From Moniliella sp. 'wahieum' (Eukaryota): a stretch of DNA of 64,000 nucleotides. The stretch is taken from positions 682,001-746,000 of the forward strand of contig RSEE01000022.1 of the NCBI GenBank assembly GCA_003971905.1, read 5' to 3'. The notes under the pieces were generated by a model. The model was not told the DNA's origin and ran no database searches. It saw nothing but the letters and a program-made list of their open reading frames with translations. Shown one piece after another: positions 11,700-27,301 of this stretch (its first letter is position 1; every line of letters starts with the position of its first letter). The translations under genes and the position numbers were made by a program.

Positions 11700-14194
11700 C
11701 GCAGGTTTGCGTTCGCTTTCGGCTTCTCGGAACTGCAATTCGGCGCAGCGTGTAAGCGTAAGCCGTAGGTACTAGGTGCGAACGCTGTGAGAAAACTGTA
11801 CGGCACCAGGGCACCAGGGCATCGGGGTTTCTCCTTCCTTCTTTGTGCTTGTACGTTAGTGTGTCGTGGTTAGCGTCCGAGTACAACAATCGATCCAAGA
11901 GCGTTTTGGTATTGAAGTTTGAAGCTTGAAGTACAACCGTTAATGTGGCACATACGTCCTCCTCAAAAACGTCCTTTTCAGTTCGACGAAGCTTGAAGCA
12001 ACTCGCAAAGCAACCTCCCCTCAGATCGAGCTCGGGGATACAATGGGGTGGCAAGAGCAGGAAAGGGACCTGAACGTACTGAACGTGTAATGAGCGGGAG
12101 CGGTGGACGCCTGCACTTTGAAAGCCTAGTTTCGGAACAACTAAGGAACATAGCGAACATTCATATCCAACGTCCAACGTCCAACGTTGAACCTTGAAAC
12201 TTGAAGTTCCAGCCACATGTCGCGGTTATGTTGCCATCGATCGGGAGGTGGCACACCGTGGGAGCAGAATGCGGATGGATGTCGCATCGGGGTGGTGCGT
12301 CGCCAGCAGCCAGCCAGACCAGCCCAGTCATTAATTCGGACCCGCCATATGTTGATTCTACTCCCGGACCCAACAAGTACGCAAGAAGGAAGCAGCTTCC
12401 CGCTGTTCCTCAGTACTCTTATTCTCTGCGCAGCAAACCATTACAGAGTACAAGAGAGTACATTGGTCATGGGCATTATGCGTATTCCGGGGAAGAGTGA
12501 CGAATAAGTGGTAGCCAGGAGGTGTTGACATTTTGGGGGTTCAAGTTGAACGTTGGACGTTTTTTTGAATGTGTTGGACGTTGGCATGTTGACAAAGCCA
12601 GAATCTGACCCTGTGTGGGAATTGGGTTACATGGTGATGTGTGTGGATGTGGTAGAGGGAGGGGAGCGAGGGGAGTGTGTATGGAGTTAGGTCCCAGAGA
12701 CTTAACCTCCGCAATCCCAACACTAACTCTTGTAACACACCCGGAAGCTAACTGAAGAAGTCCTACTAAGTAGCCAACAACGCGGCAACACATTACGTGT
12801 GCATGTTACATTTTGGATCCATTTTAAGAACAAAACCCCCAACCCAAATCCTTTTTCTCTCCCTTTTCTTCTGCGCAGGTACACAAAGGGCCCAAGCGAA
12901 GAGTGCAACTCCGGGACCGAATCACTGTGGTATAAACAATTCCAAGTTGGCAGTGGTCATGCCGGTCATGTGTCTCCCTCCAAAGGGAGAAAGAAAAGGA
13001 TGTCCAAGAAGAATTTTTGGTCATTTTCCGTCTTCTCACATCTCATAGCTCATCCTGGCACACATCCCGCACCTTCCAACTACCTGTGCGGATCCAAACG
13101 GGCAGGGGAAATAGACTGGATGGGGGATGTATAGGTTCAACACATTCAAGTCGAACGTTCGTTGAACCGTGAGGCCTTGAGGCCGGAGGAGGCACAACAC
13201 AGTGACTTGTGGACACCCCTTCCGCACCTGTGTAGTTGACTAACAACTGGGAGAGAATTTATACCGGCACGTGTGGGAGGCGTTTGACTGCTGCGGCTAG
13301 TTTTATACCTCTGCTGCTAGACGTTCAGAGGCTAACGGAGATACCCCCATAACACCCACATCGATTCGTGTTCATATGCGCACGAGAAGCGCAAGCTGTA
13401 GCTATAACCAAGCCATACAATCATCATGCTGGAAGGCGGAAAAGGCAGTTGGGCGGGGAGAGAAAGGTGAGGAGAGGACAGTTAGGAGAGAGGACAGTTA
13501 CACTTAATGAGTCTCATCCCTCTTTTTGAGCCATTTATGCCAAAGGAGGAGGAGAATGGAGGGTGTGGTTCTGAGGAGAGATACTGGAGGCTACGAGAAG
13601 CTGGCAGGACCTTATATAGCCGAGGGTACCGGGGAACAGAGGGAACCTCCGGGTCGATAAGAGGGGTGATGTCTATATCATGCAGACTGGTGTGACGGGG
13701 GCATCCACCCAACACCTATACGTCCTTTTTATACCCACACGTATACACCCCCATCCCACACCTGCATGAAGGCCACCTTCATATACCTTTTGCACACTTC
13801 TGCAGCCCAAACCACAGAAGGAAGGGACCAACACGATTTGGTTGGGGCCATTCGTTAGCCGTTTCTTGGCTGAGTGGAAGATGGATGTAAACTGAATACG
13901 TGGGAAATGGCACCTGACATTATCTCGCGGTCGGAGGATTAAAAATAAAAGCCCTCTGGACGGTCTCTGTGTCTCCCTGTCTATTCGTTCCCTAGCTGGT
14001 TGGTACTATCGAGAGGTGCAAAGAACACAGAGACCAAAGGGCTTATACGGGCGTGTGCATCTTTAGAGTGATGTGTGGGCAGATTTCTGAAAAGCGGCTG
14101 TGCCAACGAAAGAAACAAAAAAGTGGCTCAAAGAGGGGTTCAAAGAGCATGATCATTCCCATATGTATATTGGCCTACAGATCTCGAGTCCACA

Positions 14195-14295
14195 CTGCTC
14201 GTATGAAAAAAAGGCTTTGCATGGCTTTCTGCTCGTATGAAAAAAAGGCTTTGCATGGCTTTCTGCTCGTATGAAAAAAAGGCTTGCATGGCTTT
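14195..14295 (+). repeat. 34-bp minisatellite, 3 copies
   Basis: CTGCTCGTATGAAAAAAAGGCTTTGCATGGCTTT at 14195, 14229 and 14263 (third copy lacks one T); no spacers. Confidence 0.9.
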
Positions 14296-15103
14296 TTTTT
14301 CCAAAGTCAACTCAGTAACATCCGGTATGAAGGGGATTAATCCGGTCGTGACATGTCCCCAATTGAAGAAGTCAGTCGCAATTGAGCTAGAATAGGACAG
14401 AGAGATGGGAATGCGAAAGGTCTGTTGTGGCTTGAAGGGGATTGCTAGCTTGCCTAAGTATTGTTGCTTGTCTCGTTGCCAAGGCCACATCTTTTCTCCA
14501 AATCCGTAACGTCGTTCCGCTCTTTGCTATTTCCGGAATCACCTTACACACCTTGGAGACTGTACTAAGTATGCTCATCGAAGAACGTGTGCTCTTCTGT
14601 GGCATCCACGGCGCAACAACCAGCATAATGAGAGTCCTCGACAACATTGCCTTACTATTAGGGTCTGTGGTTACTGACAGGCACAGGTGGCCGCCGTTAG
14701 ACGTTCCTACGGCGGATGCAGGCAAAGGCAAGAGAGAGACCATGGCAAGGACCGTGGCAATTGGCCAACGCGAATGCGACCGAAGATGGCAGAAGAACCG
14801 GGTGGTGCCATTTGCCCCACACGGTCTGGGCTGCCCCCAGCCGCAGCGCGGCAGCACGACGCAGCGACAGTGTCTCACGAAGACGCAGGCACGGGGGCAG
14901 TATGACGTCAGGTTGGGAGCCATTCTTCTGGCACGGCCCCTCCAGCTCCCACGGCGGCAGTGTCCCGTAGCCGGAAGGTGGCGTGGCCTGGCCACGTCCG
15001 GGGGGGTACTTGAACCGCACCCGGCTTCTTCCTCAAGCGGCGCCTTCCCCCCACCACCATCTATCCCCACCAGGACGACCAGCGAACTGCTACTTTCCGC
15101 CCA

Positions 15104-16461
15104 ATGTCTGCTCCCCATCTCTCCTCTACCGACATCTACCGCCTTGAGGCCGAATATGGCGCTCACAAGTACGTTCGCCCTCTTGCGCTAACCCTGACCT
15201 TCCGACACGCTAACGTGATGGACCCGCACCAGCTACCATCCGCTTCCCGTGGTCTTTGAGCATGCGAAGGGCGCACGGGTGTGGGACCCTGAAGGCAAAG
15301 AGTACCTCGACTTTTGTCCGCATACAGTGCCGTCAACCAGGGTCACTGCCACCCGCGCATCGTTGGCGCGTTGACGGAGCAAGCGCAAAAGCTTACGCTG
15401 TCCAGCCGCGCATTCTACAACTCGACCTTTGCTCCCTTTGCGGAGAAGGTGACCAAGCTATTTGGGTACGATATGATGCTCCGATGAACACGGGTGCCGA
15501 GGCGGTCGAGACGGCATTGAAGTTGGCCCGCAAGTGGGCGTACGAGAAGAAGGGTGTGCCCGCAGACAAGGCCAAGATCTTCTCGGTCGACGGCAACTTC
15601 CATGGTCGCACTCTTGGTGTCATCTCGATGAGCACGGACCCTGAGAGCCGCGGGGATTTGGCCCTTTCCTTGAAGGTGTGGGACCTGTTGTGGACAACCA
15701 CTTGATTCGCTTTGGGCATGCGGAGGACCTGGAGCGCGCCCTGGACAAGTACGGCAAGGAGACGGCCGCCTTCCTTGTGGAACCAATCCAAGGCGAGGCC
15801 GGGATCGTCGTCCCTCCTGAGGGATACCTCCGTCGCGTACAGGAGCTGTGCAAGAAGCACAATTTTGCTCATTTGCGACGAAATCCAGACCGGCCTGGCG
15901 CGGACGGGCAAGATGCTCGCTTGCGACTGGGACGGCATCCGGCCCGACATGATTACTCTGGGCAAGGCCTTGAGCGGGGGCGTGTACCCCGTCAGCGCTG
16001 TCCTGGCCGACAAGGAGGTGATGCTGTGCATCAAGCCGGGCGAGCACGGCAGTACGTATGGTGGCAACCCCCTTGGCTCGGCGGCGGCAATTGCTGCGTT
16101 GGACGTGCTAGTGGACGAGAAGTTGGCGGACCGGGCTCAGGAGCTGGGCGAGTTTTTCCGTGCCGAGCTGGAGAAGCTCAAGCCCCAGTTCCCGGCCTTG
16201 ACCACCGTTCGTGGCCGTGGACTGTTGAACGCGATTGTGATTGACAAGACGCAGTCCAAGAAGGGCCGCTCGGCATGGCAGCTGTGCTTGCTGTTGAAGG
16301 AACATGGCTTGCTCGCCAAGCCCACCCACGAAAACATCATTCGTCTTGCCCCGCCGCTTGTCATCTCGCGCGAAGAGTTGGCCCAGGGAGTGAAGGCTAT
16401 CGCAGCTGCTCTGACCGATTTTGACACGGTCGAAACCATTCCGGGCGATGAGGCGCACTAA
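15104..16461 (+). CDS. CAR2: Ornithine aminotransferase (class III PLP enzyme); intron 15169-15232
   Basis: [67 protein letters not shown] (PLP Lys), [21 protein letters not shown]. Confidence 0.95.
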
Positions 16462-18527
16462 GGTACTCTACTACCGTCATGTCGCTTATCCCTCCCCTCG
16501 TTTTCTATCTCAACGCCTACGATCTATGATCGCTGGTGCTCCGTTGGCCCTCGTGACCAAGGTCCCCGGCCTCTTGTCGCACCTGTCACGCGAAACGACT
16601 TGCTCCTTCGGGTGCTGTATTTGTACGCTTCTCCCGCACGGGTCCACGGCCTCTTGCCGCACCCGCCTCATGACACTCTTCCTTTGACCTTGCCGCATCA
16701 TCGTCATTCACCATCGTCGCATCGGTCCACGGCCACTTGCCGCACCTTGCCTTGCCTCCTTGGGGTTCTCTCAACCCCCCCCCCGCCCCAAAGCATTGGG
16801 TCCAATCCACCTCCCTTCCCACCCCCACCTACCCTTTTGGCCGTTCTTCCTTCCCGGCCACCCGTACGCATACACTTACCCGTCCTGTCCTTCTGTACGC
16901 CCCAGCCCACGGCCTCTTGCCGCGCTGGTCATATGCATCACCGATTATTGTTGGCAACCACTGCATGCACTGGTGTGCGTGTCATGTTGGCGAATCTGAT
17001 CATAGTTTTTGTCTGTTTGTTTGTTTTCGTTTTCTCGTCCCGGGCAAGATGGATAGCATGGCACTGAAGCGCGCAAGAAGAGTAGGTGCACAGAGAAATT
17101 GGCATCGTCGGTGAGACCGGTGAGAGTGAGAGTCTCCGTCAGGCTGCAAAATGGTACCGGCTTATTGGATCGATGGGCACACAATGAGAGAAGGGAGGAC
17201 TCAACTGGGTATTAACTGCATGCCTATAAAAGTACAAATGCAGAGGGGGAAGATGTTCATGCGCGTGCTCAAATACTTGATACGCCGTCAGCGTGTCTCT
17301 TGTATGCGGTGGGAAAACTCTCTTTGTGGTATGGCAAAAGAGGCCGCGTGTCGTGGAGCATGATGCATGAAGAGCATCGTAGAAGACCCGCATCAGAAGG
17401 GAAACACATAGTCAATCAGTGACTTCGTCAGAGGCGACTATAGCACCTTCCAGTTGGTTCACTCTCACTGCCTCCCCCTCTTCTCTGTCTATACCTTTCT
17501 CACTTTCTTCCATGCGACTCGGCTCGCATGTTGACCTTTTTCTTTCTCCGAGAGGAACATATACCCCGCCTCTTTCCACTCGATGAATACGACTCATTGT
17601 GAGAGAAGAAGAGAGGACGATAACAGAGGGTAATTCTCTTTTAAGAAAGGAGCCTGCTGTTGGCAGATATCGAGTTGGTGATTGTTTTGCTGTTGATTAT
17701 AGCGACTAGCTAAGCGGCGGAGTCTACGTAGGCAAGGAAAAAATGGTGGTTGTGGTAAAGAATAACATTGTACCCGCGATGGGCCGCCCTACTTTTATAT
17801 ATGTGACGTAGGGAAGAGAAGAGACGGAGACAACCCAAACAAAAGAAGCTAGTCACTATTATAGAGTTACTGCCTTGGCCAAGCTCGTTCTATCTGCCCC
17901 GCATTCGAACCGGAAACTGATACATCGGTTCACGGCCCTGCCTCCCGCCCTTTGTCCCAAAAGTTGGTACTAGAATCGATTCGTTCGGGACTTGGGGGCC
18001 AGTCCCACACGGGTCATACTTCTCCGTGGTGTATCGAGGTGGGGAAAGAGAATGGCATTGGGGCTTATTAGTATATGAGAGCTAGTTCTTTGTGTATAAG
18101 GAGCTCTCCGCCTACAGTACACACTCTATGTTGGTGTAACTACTATAGTTCAAGCTGTTCAAGCCCATATTCCTTCTCAATGTCTTTTTCATCATCGACA
18201 TCATGATGTGCATCTCCTCTCTTCAGGGGCCGTGACTACCACCTCCCGCGTTTCTCTCTAACCCTACCTTCTCTCCTGATCCACAAGTGTTCTGGCTTAT
18301 AGCTCACATAGTACCATTTAGCAAAAATAGAGAGAAACCAACAGTCTCCTCCCCATTCGTGGCCCGCCGCCGCCGCTGGACCAACATAGCCGGAACACTG
18401 ATCATAAATCAATTCCATCCCCATCCAACGTCGACGTTCAACGCGTCAATATCCAATGGAGAGTAACTAACGACTAGTAATGCAGTGGTGCAGCGATGCT
18501 TCCAGATCAGACCTCAGACCTCAGACC

Positions 18528-19817
<1,290 letters not shown>

Positions 19818-20575
19818 GAGAGCAGAAGAAGGAGAGGGTGTGGTGGGGCGCAGGACAGAGACGCGGACGAGCAATGGCGATGGCGGGCGGGGCCGAGCGG
19901 GCGCGGGGGCTTCCCAGTGCAAATGTTCAACTGAAGACAACGACCACGTAAGCGTCGGCTTACGTACCCCGAGGCTAGAGTTTGCTAGGCCAGTCATCCA
20001 TCGCCGGATCATCCATCCATCGCGTCATCTATCCATTGGGGATGCTGCGCTCCTGCCTCCGTCGGCCGTTTCCTCTCCCCCCACTCCCGTATTCTCACCC
20101 CCCACCACTGCCCCGCGTCGCCCCCGCTTGGCGAGCAGGCATTCCCTGTCCGCTGTGTCCGCTTAGTAGTGTTGTGGGGTGGTGTAGTGTACTTCGTACT
20201 TATGGGCTGAAAAGTTAAATTACGCGCTCGCCTCGCTCACGGGGGCCAGGCGGAACGCGCGCCCTCATTCCGCCCTGCAAGGGGCCGCTCAGTGATGTCA
20301 TCTGTGATGCCATCGTCACACGGAAGCCGCCGCCACACTGCCCCGGTGCGGGAGCGTGCCAGTGGGGTGACAGCCGCGCTGGCTCGCGCCACACCCACGC
20401 GTGACGCGTGACGTTCCCCGGCTTCAGTCCTGGCGTCGCGTCTGGCCGCCGCGTTTTTTTTTGCCTCTGCTCCACCACCACCACCACCACCACCCTCAGC
20501 ACCACCACCGCCACCGCCAGCCCACGCCGACGTGCCCTGCTTGCTGCGCCACGCTCCCCCTCGACGCTGTCCAGA

Positions 20576-23025
20576 ATGAGCCATCACCACCCCCCTGCCT
20601 GCGCCACTCCCTCCCGCTTCGGATCCAGCCGCCGCACCCGCGGTAGCACCCGCTGTCGCCGACCCGGAGATGCGGCCCTCTCCACCAATACCATCACCGC
20701 CACCCATCCCACCACTGCCTCTGATGTACAACCCCACCCACCCCAGTCGCCTCCGCCACTTACTTTCCCCAACCCAACCGAGCCTGCCCCCGCGTCCGCC
20801 CCCGCGTCCGCCCCTGCGGCCGTCCCGCGCCCGCTTCGGCTTCCGAGCCCGCTCCCGCATCCGCATCCGCACCTGCGTCCGCACCTGCATCTGTGTCTGC
20901 ACCTGCGTCTGCACTTGCATCCAGCCCCATTACGGCTCCTGCCCCCGCCTCCGTACCCTCTCCATCTTCAAACTCTCAACCCCCACCTCCCCCAGGAGCA
21001 CCCACTGCTGCCGTCCACTCCCCACCTAAAAAAGAGGTGCCCCCATGGGACCCGAGCCTCATAATTGGCGGATTGGCGCCCCGACCGATCAAGATCACCG
21101 GTGCGCAGGTCAAGTTTCTGCAAAATGTCGTCAAGGCATCAAGGGCCGCGCCGAGGCTCGCGCCTTTCTCTCCCCGTTGACCCCATCGCATCGGGCGTGC
21201 CCCATTACCCTACCATTGTTACCCATCCCATGGACCTTGGTACGATAGACATTAAGCTCGCTCTTACTGCCGCGGCCATCAAGGGAGGTACCAAGCCTAC
21301 GGAAAAAGTCAAGGCCGCGCCCAGCTGGGGGCTCGACGTGCGGAAAGACGTGTACTTAACCCCGCTCCAGTTTGAAAATGATGCGTCTCGTCTTTTCCAA
21401 CACGCGTTTGTTCAATGGGCCCACCCACCTCATCTCGCTCCATGCCGACGTACTTGAGTCGGTGTTTGACAAGCACTTTGCCAATCTTCCCTCGGCCACT
21501 TCGACGCTCCCTGCCGCCGCAGCATCGTCTCGCGCTCCCTCCACCTTTGATCTCACCCGACCTAAACGGGACGTTCATCCACCTCCGTCAAAAGATGTTT
21601 TGTACGACAATGCTTCCAATGGGCAGGTGCGGCGCAAGTCCCGTATGGTGGAGGCAGCTCAATCGGAGGCCGAGGCTGCGCATTGGGATAAAGTGGCTGC
21701 CAATGAGCTCAAGTTTTGCGGCAAGGTACTGGAGGAATTGTTTAAGCCTTCCCACTCGGATGTGGCGTGGGTATTTTATGAACTGCCTGACCGGTCGTTG
21801 GATTATGCTCCGGCATATTATGCCATGATTCAACATCCCTCCGCTTACAGAGGTGCAGGACAAGTTGCGCCATGGCCGCTACGCTGACGCGGATGAATTT
21901 GATGCGGATCTCCAACTTCTCTTTCGCAACTGCTTTACTTTCAACCCGCCTGGATCGGACGTATTTGTCATGGGCCAGCGAGTGAAGGAGGTGTACGATC
22001 GAGCTTGGGCCAAGCGACCCCAGCCTAAGCCTTTCCTGCCTCACCCTCTGGAACCGTCATCACCACACCACCACCACAATCCGTTCCGGAATCCATCCTG
22101 TTGGCACAAGCTCTGCGCCAACAAGCTGATCTCCTTCTTCGTCAAGCTGAGGAGGTTGATGTGGCAAACCTTCCCCACGCGCCTTGGCCCATGCAAGGTC
22201 AACCTTGTCCTTGCTCGGCGCCTTGCCCGAAGGCGCCCTATCTTCCCCTAGCGGCTATGGTGCCGGTGGCACCGGAGGTGGCAGCTTGCCTAGTGGCACC
22301 AAGCGCCGCAAATCCGTCGCGACGAGCGAGGGTAGCGTGAAGCGGCCGCCTGCTAAGCGACCCAAGAAGAGTGCTGGTGCAGCGCCTAGGACGACGGGAC
22401 CTTCTGGCCGTCGGTCGAGCACGCCGGGTGAGAAAGTATTGGGGAGATGACGCGGCAGCTGGCTCGGTTGCTGTGGCACCCAAGCGTCCTACCAAGAAGT
22501 CTACTGCTCCGCGTGCTCGGAAGTCTCAGGCGGGTGCATCGAACGCGTCGGATGATGAGGATGTACGATTGGTCACGTACGAACAAAAAGAGGAACTGGC
22601 CAACAAGATTACCACTCTCCCTGAAGATCGACTGGAGGGGGCGCTCAAGATCATTGGAAGACAAGCCTGGTTCCACCGTCGAGGAGGAAGAAATTGAGTT
22701 GGACATTGACGATTTGAGTCCACGGACGCTCTACCGACTGTACCGCTATGTGGTCCGGCCCAAGGACAAGAAGACAACGCATAGCAAACCAGTCAAGAAC
22801 GCTAATGATGGACGCAAACGTGGCACGGGCGGGTTGAAGGGAAAGACGCTCGATGAGTCGGAGGAAACGGCACGGATTGAGCGGCTGCAGGCTCAGTTGC
22901 AACAGTTTGAAGGTATCGGCGAGGAAGTAGGAGCGGGAAGGGCTCTCCCGCTCCCAGGTCATGATGATCTGGTCAATTCGGAAAGCTCCGATTCCGAAAG
23001 TGATTTGTCGGGCGAAGACTTTTAA
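20576..23025 (+). CDS. BDF1: BET-family double-bromodomain + ET protein
   Basis: BD1 (PVDPIASGVPHYPTIVTHPMDLGTI...LFNG), BD2 (ELKFCGKVLEELF...NCFTFNPPG), ET (VTYEQKEELANKITTL...EIELDIDDL), acidic Ser-rich C-terminus; frameshifted. Confidence 0.92.
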
Positions 23026-23718
23026 CTTTTGGACCCTCCCCCCCCCCCTTCTCTTCGCTGTTCTGACAGCTTTGGTCCCCTTTGGGTTCGGTGCGTTCTG
23101 TGAATCGTGACGCACAGGTCTCTAGCCTCCCCTCCCTATGCGTCCGCGTCCTGAAACACGTGCCTATGCGCCCCCCCCGTCTCTCCATGTGTTGCATGTC
23201 GTTCGGTCGCCTATGCGAATAGAAACTATTTGGCGTACTTAGTTGCGTAGCTTCCGCTCGCGGTTGCGGATGTTGGTCCAGCCGACGCACATGGCATGTT
23301 TTGAGAAGGCCAGCGAGCCAGCGCAGGATGCAGGGCGAGTAGAAGGCGGGCTTGGACCAAAACCAACCACGAGGCCAACCAACGTGCCGGCAGCAGGGCG
23401 GTGGTGGTGGTCATCATATAGCACGCATCGATCTAGGCTGGGCCACGAGTGTAGCACGCACCATCCTGCATCTTTCAGTTTTCATTTCCTCCCGTGCGAG
23501 GGATTCAAACCTCAGACTTCGAAGCCTGGACCGGAGGGTGGGTGGCCGGGTGGCCGGTGATCCCGGTGATCGTCGCAGCCGGTCAGCCGGTCAGACTTGA
23601 GTTAGACAAGAGTTGGTTGGCCGCTGGTGGCCGGTAACCTTCACCTAAGGATCCACCAGATCCGCCTCGTTTTGTGTTTCTCTCCCAGCCCTCCCTTGCC
23701 CTGCTTGTTCCCGCCGCG

Positions 23719-25280
23719 ATGGGTCCCCCGCTTCACACCTTCACCACCGCCAATTTCTTCGCCGCCTCCGAGCTCAACCGTCTGTCGTGGCTGCGGGACG
23801 ATGACGCGTTCCTCAACCGCGCTCTCCAGGCCCCTAGCACCCGTTTCCTCCTCTTTGCCCACGGCTGTCCTCTGATCCACGACACAGACGACCAGAAAGG
23901 CCGGCTCGCTACCCTGCCCTGGACCCACGTGGCTCGTGCGCTCGACCCACAACACCACGGCGCCGTCTTTGGCGCCCAGCCAAATGGACACGAGCAAAGC
24001 AAGCAACAGAAGGGTTGGTGCCCCATGGCTTGGCCCTCGTCCTGCTCGGGATCAAGGAACATCCCACTACCACCACGGGCTCTCTCACATCCCTCGCTCT
24101 CGGGAGCCACAAGGCACAGTTTACTTTGCCCTGTCCCTCTCCTATGCCCCTCCCGACGAGCAGGTTCCTAAAGAGATCGAGCGTCTGTGTGCGGAGCTCG
24201 AGGACGATGCCCAATACACATTTGGTGATGCACGTGCGATTGCCTCGCTCGGTACTTGGCCTAGCTTGGACGCTGCATTGGTCGCCCAAGCTATGAGTTT
24301 GCTCGATTGGAACAAGCGCAATAAGGTATGTTCAATCTATTCTCCCCCATCCCATTTTGTTTGGGGGCAGGAGAAAGAGAGAGAGGGGGGGAGGCGGCGG
24401 TCTGCCAGCCCAGTCCAAAAAAAAAAGGAAATACTGACGCAGCATATGTACTCGTTCGTCAACGATGTCGATGATGATGGAATTGGCACAGTTTTGTCCA
24501 GCCTGCGGACGGACGCAGTACAGTCAATGGGCAGGGTACAAGCGCAGTTGTTCCTCAGGGTTGGATCGGACACTTGATCCACTGGATGCGTCCCTGGCTT
24601 GTCCTTCGTCCCAAGCAGTGCACAACTACTCCTATCCACGCACCGACCCGGTGACCATCATGGCTGCCCTCAGTCCTGATGGCGAAAGCATCCTCCTAGG
24701 CAGGAAGAAGAATTGGCCACCCGGCTTCTACTCCTGTACGTTCTTCCCCCTCGCGGGATACACGTCGTAAAGATAAAATTAGTGGCGCGGAGTGGTGTAC
24801 TGACCTACCATGCTTTTGCTCGGACGTTGAATACCAGGCCTGGCCGGGTTTGTGGAGCCAGGGGAATCGTTGGAAGATGCGGTGCGAAGGGAGGTGCAGG
24901 AAGAAGCGGGTGTCAAAGTGGGGGATGTGATCTACCACTCTTCCCAGCCTTGGCCCTTCCCAGCTAACTTGATGATCGGCGCATTTGCCCAGGTCTTGCC
25001 GGGACACGATACCATCCGACTCGATCTCGACAACGAGCTGGAAGATGCCCGCTTTGTCCCAAGAGCAGAAGTGCTGGCTGTCCTGGCTCGGCAGACGCGG
25101 GGCACTAAGCACTCTCCCAGTTCGGCCCCAAACCCAGCTGCGACACCTCCGATGCAGTTCCAGTCGTTGCCGACTGATGTCAAAGTCCGCTTCCCAGGTC
25201 CTACGGCGATTGCTCATACACTCTTGGCTGCGTGGGCAAACAAGCAGGCTCTCATGCCCCCTGCTCGGGCCAAGATCTGA
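23719..25280 (+). CDS. NPY1: NADH pyrophosphatase (NudC family) with PTS1-like C-terminus AKI; introns 24326-24491 and 24736-24837
   Basis: [21 protein letters not shown], Nudix box [40 protein letters not shown]. Confidence 0.93.
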
Positions 25281-26439
25281 AAGACCCGGTCGCGATTCTA
25301 GCTGCGCCAACCGCGGGCTGATCAATGAAGGCTGGAACGATTATAGTATTGCTTCTCAGGTCAGAACGCTTGCGTTTTGGTACTGCCACATATTATTGGA
25401 TCGAGCACCACGATGCACCATGGGGAAAATGGCGAAGCTGAATGGCGAATTAATCAATGTCCAACGTCAAGGGACTGCGTTGGTTGAGAACAAGCTGGCA
25501 CAGCCTAGTGCATAATGCATAAGAACTAATAGCTATGTTGGCTCAAGCTTCAAGGATAGTAGACCTCATCGACTGATCGATCGCCTTGGACAAGGCTCGA
25601 GACGCTCGTCCGCGCGAAGGTGTCGTGAAGCTTGTTGGCTTGAAATTGACATACTGATGGGCTCGATTGGCGATCATTAATCATTAATTAGTCGATCATT
25701 AATCGCAATTAATCCAGTCGATCACCAAGCGCGAATATCCAACACGCGTCGCACGCACGGATCGCCTCAAACAGCCCCTTGATAAGTCCCTCTTCTCAGG
25801 GGCTTCTGGCTCACATGTCACACTTGTCGAAAAAGCAAAACAAGGAATCGCGAAAACATACCAATGATCAATAGATCATGCACTGCGCACTTAAGCACTT
25901 GCCCCTCCTGCACTGACGCTGAAGCGTCAGGGGCTTATCGACATCGTGGTCCAGACAATCGTTGCACCGATGGTGGTAAAACCCACAGATTGGGCTAGAG
26001 AGAGAAGGTTGGGCCAGAAAAACATAGAGAGAGGTAAGGCCTAAGGCCGGTAATCGCAGCAGTGGCAGGAGCAGCAGACATCCCGCAAACCCACAGCCTA
26101 CAGTTGGAGCGCAGTCGCCTCTACTCCTTTCGGCCTATTGGCCCCTTGCAGCTGGCTTCACACACACACGGACGTTGCTCAGGGCGGTCGATCGCAGCTT
26201 TTACAAAAAAAAGAGATAGAGAGAGATCGAGGGGTACGCTTCCACCACCAGCACTTCCCTCTCCCTCTCAGCTTCCACTTCTCGCCACCACCTCACCATT
26301 TTCCCTTCCATTCGTTTCATCCACGCTCCCAGTCTACCTCTTCATCCCGCTTCATCTCTGTCTTCGATATACCCTCTGCATCCCCCCTCCCAGTCGTCCG
26401 TGCGCCCGCTACACCACGGCATTTCATCCATTTGCCTTC

Positions 26440-27301
26440 ATGACCGTCGCTCTACCTCATCCGGTTATGCCCTCTCGTCCCTCTGCAATGGCCAATTCTC
26501 CCCTCATCACCCGTGTTCTCGTGCTGCGCGACTTTCACGTCGAGCTCAAAACTCACGACATCGTCGCTATCTTCCATCCCTGGGAAGATGACCATGGCGG
26601 CTTCAAGATCAAATGGTTCGACGATTCCTGCGTCTACGTTATCTTTGCTGACCCTGCAACCAGTACGTTTGCTTAACCCTCCCCTCCCTCCCTTCCCCTT
26701 CCCTCCCTTCCCTCCCCTCCTCCCCTCTTCCTCACCACCCCCATCCCATATTCATACTGCATAATGCTCACGCTGTCCTCACGCGGTACTAGCCAAGCGG
26801 GATATCTTACCCGTCTCCTCCACCCGCACCCAGGATTCAAGAATGCTCCCGGAAAGAAGGCCCTGATACGGCCTTATTATGGTGCCAATCTGGACGCCAT
26901 CCTCGCAGCGGTCCAAAACCGATCGCCGAGCCGGATGCGGGGCGTGCATGTTCGCAAGAGCAGCTCGGCCAACTCCTTGACATCTATCCCTGAACACCCT
27001 GAGCTTGTTGCACCGGGGCTTCTACCGAAAGGTTTGCACAACCACATTGTCTCTCCGAGCGTCGTTGCGTCGACAAGGTCGCCTGTGTTGCCCAACTCCG
27101 TCGCTCCGACATCCCAAGGTGGCCGGATGACAGGCCTGCCCGCCAAACCTTCCCATTCTACCATACCGGCGGGCACTCCGGTTCCCAGCAACAACTCTCA
27201 CCGATCCAGGCACAGTGTCGCCTCGGCTGCAAGTCGCAATGTGCCCCTGTCCCGCTGGGCACAGACGCGCAGGACTCGGACAAGAAGACGATGGTGACTA
27301 G
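26440..27301 (+). CDS. Protein with Thc1/R3HCC1-like RRM domain and disordered Ser/Pro tail; intron from 26663
   Basis: VLVLRDFHVELKTHDI...GFKIKWFDDSCVYVIFADP resembles the KIKWxDD-type RRM; GTACGT donor. Confidence 0.65.

Noticed and set aside
14195..14295. CRISPR-like 34-bp direct repeats
   Set aside because: Repeats are contiguous with no spacers, there are no cas genes, and the context is eukaryotic
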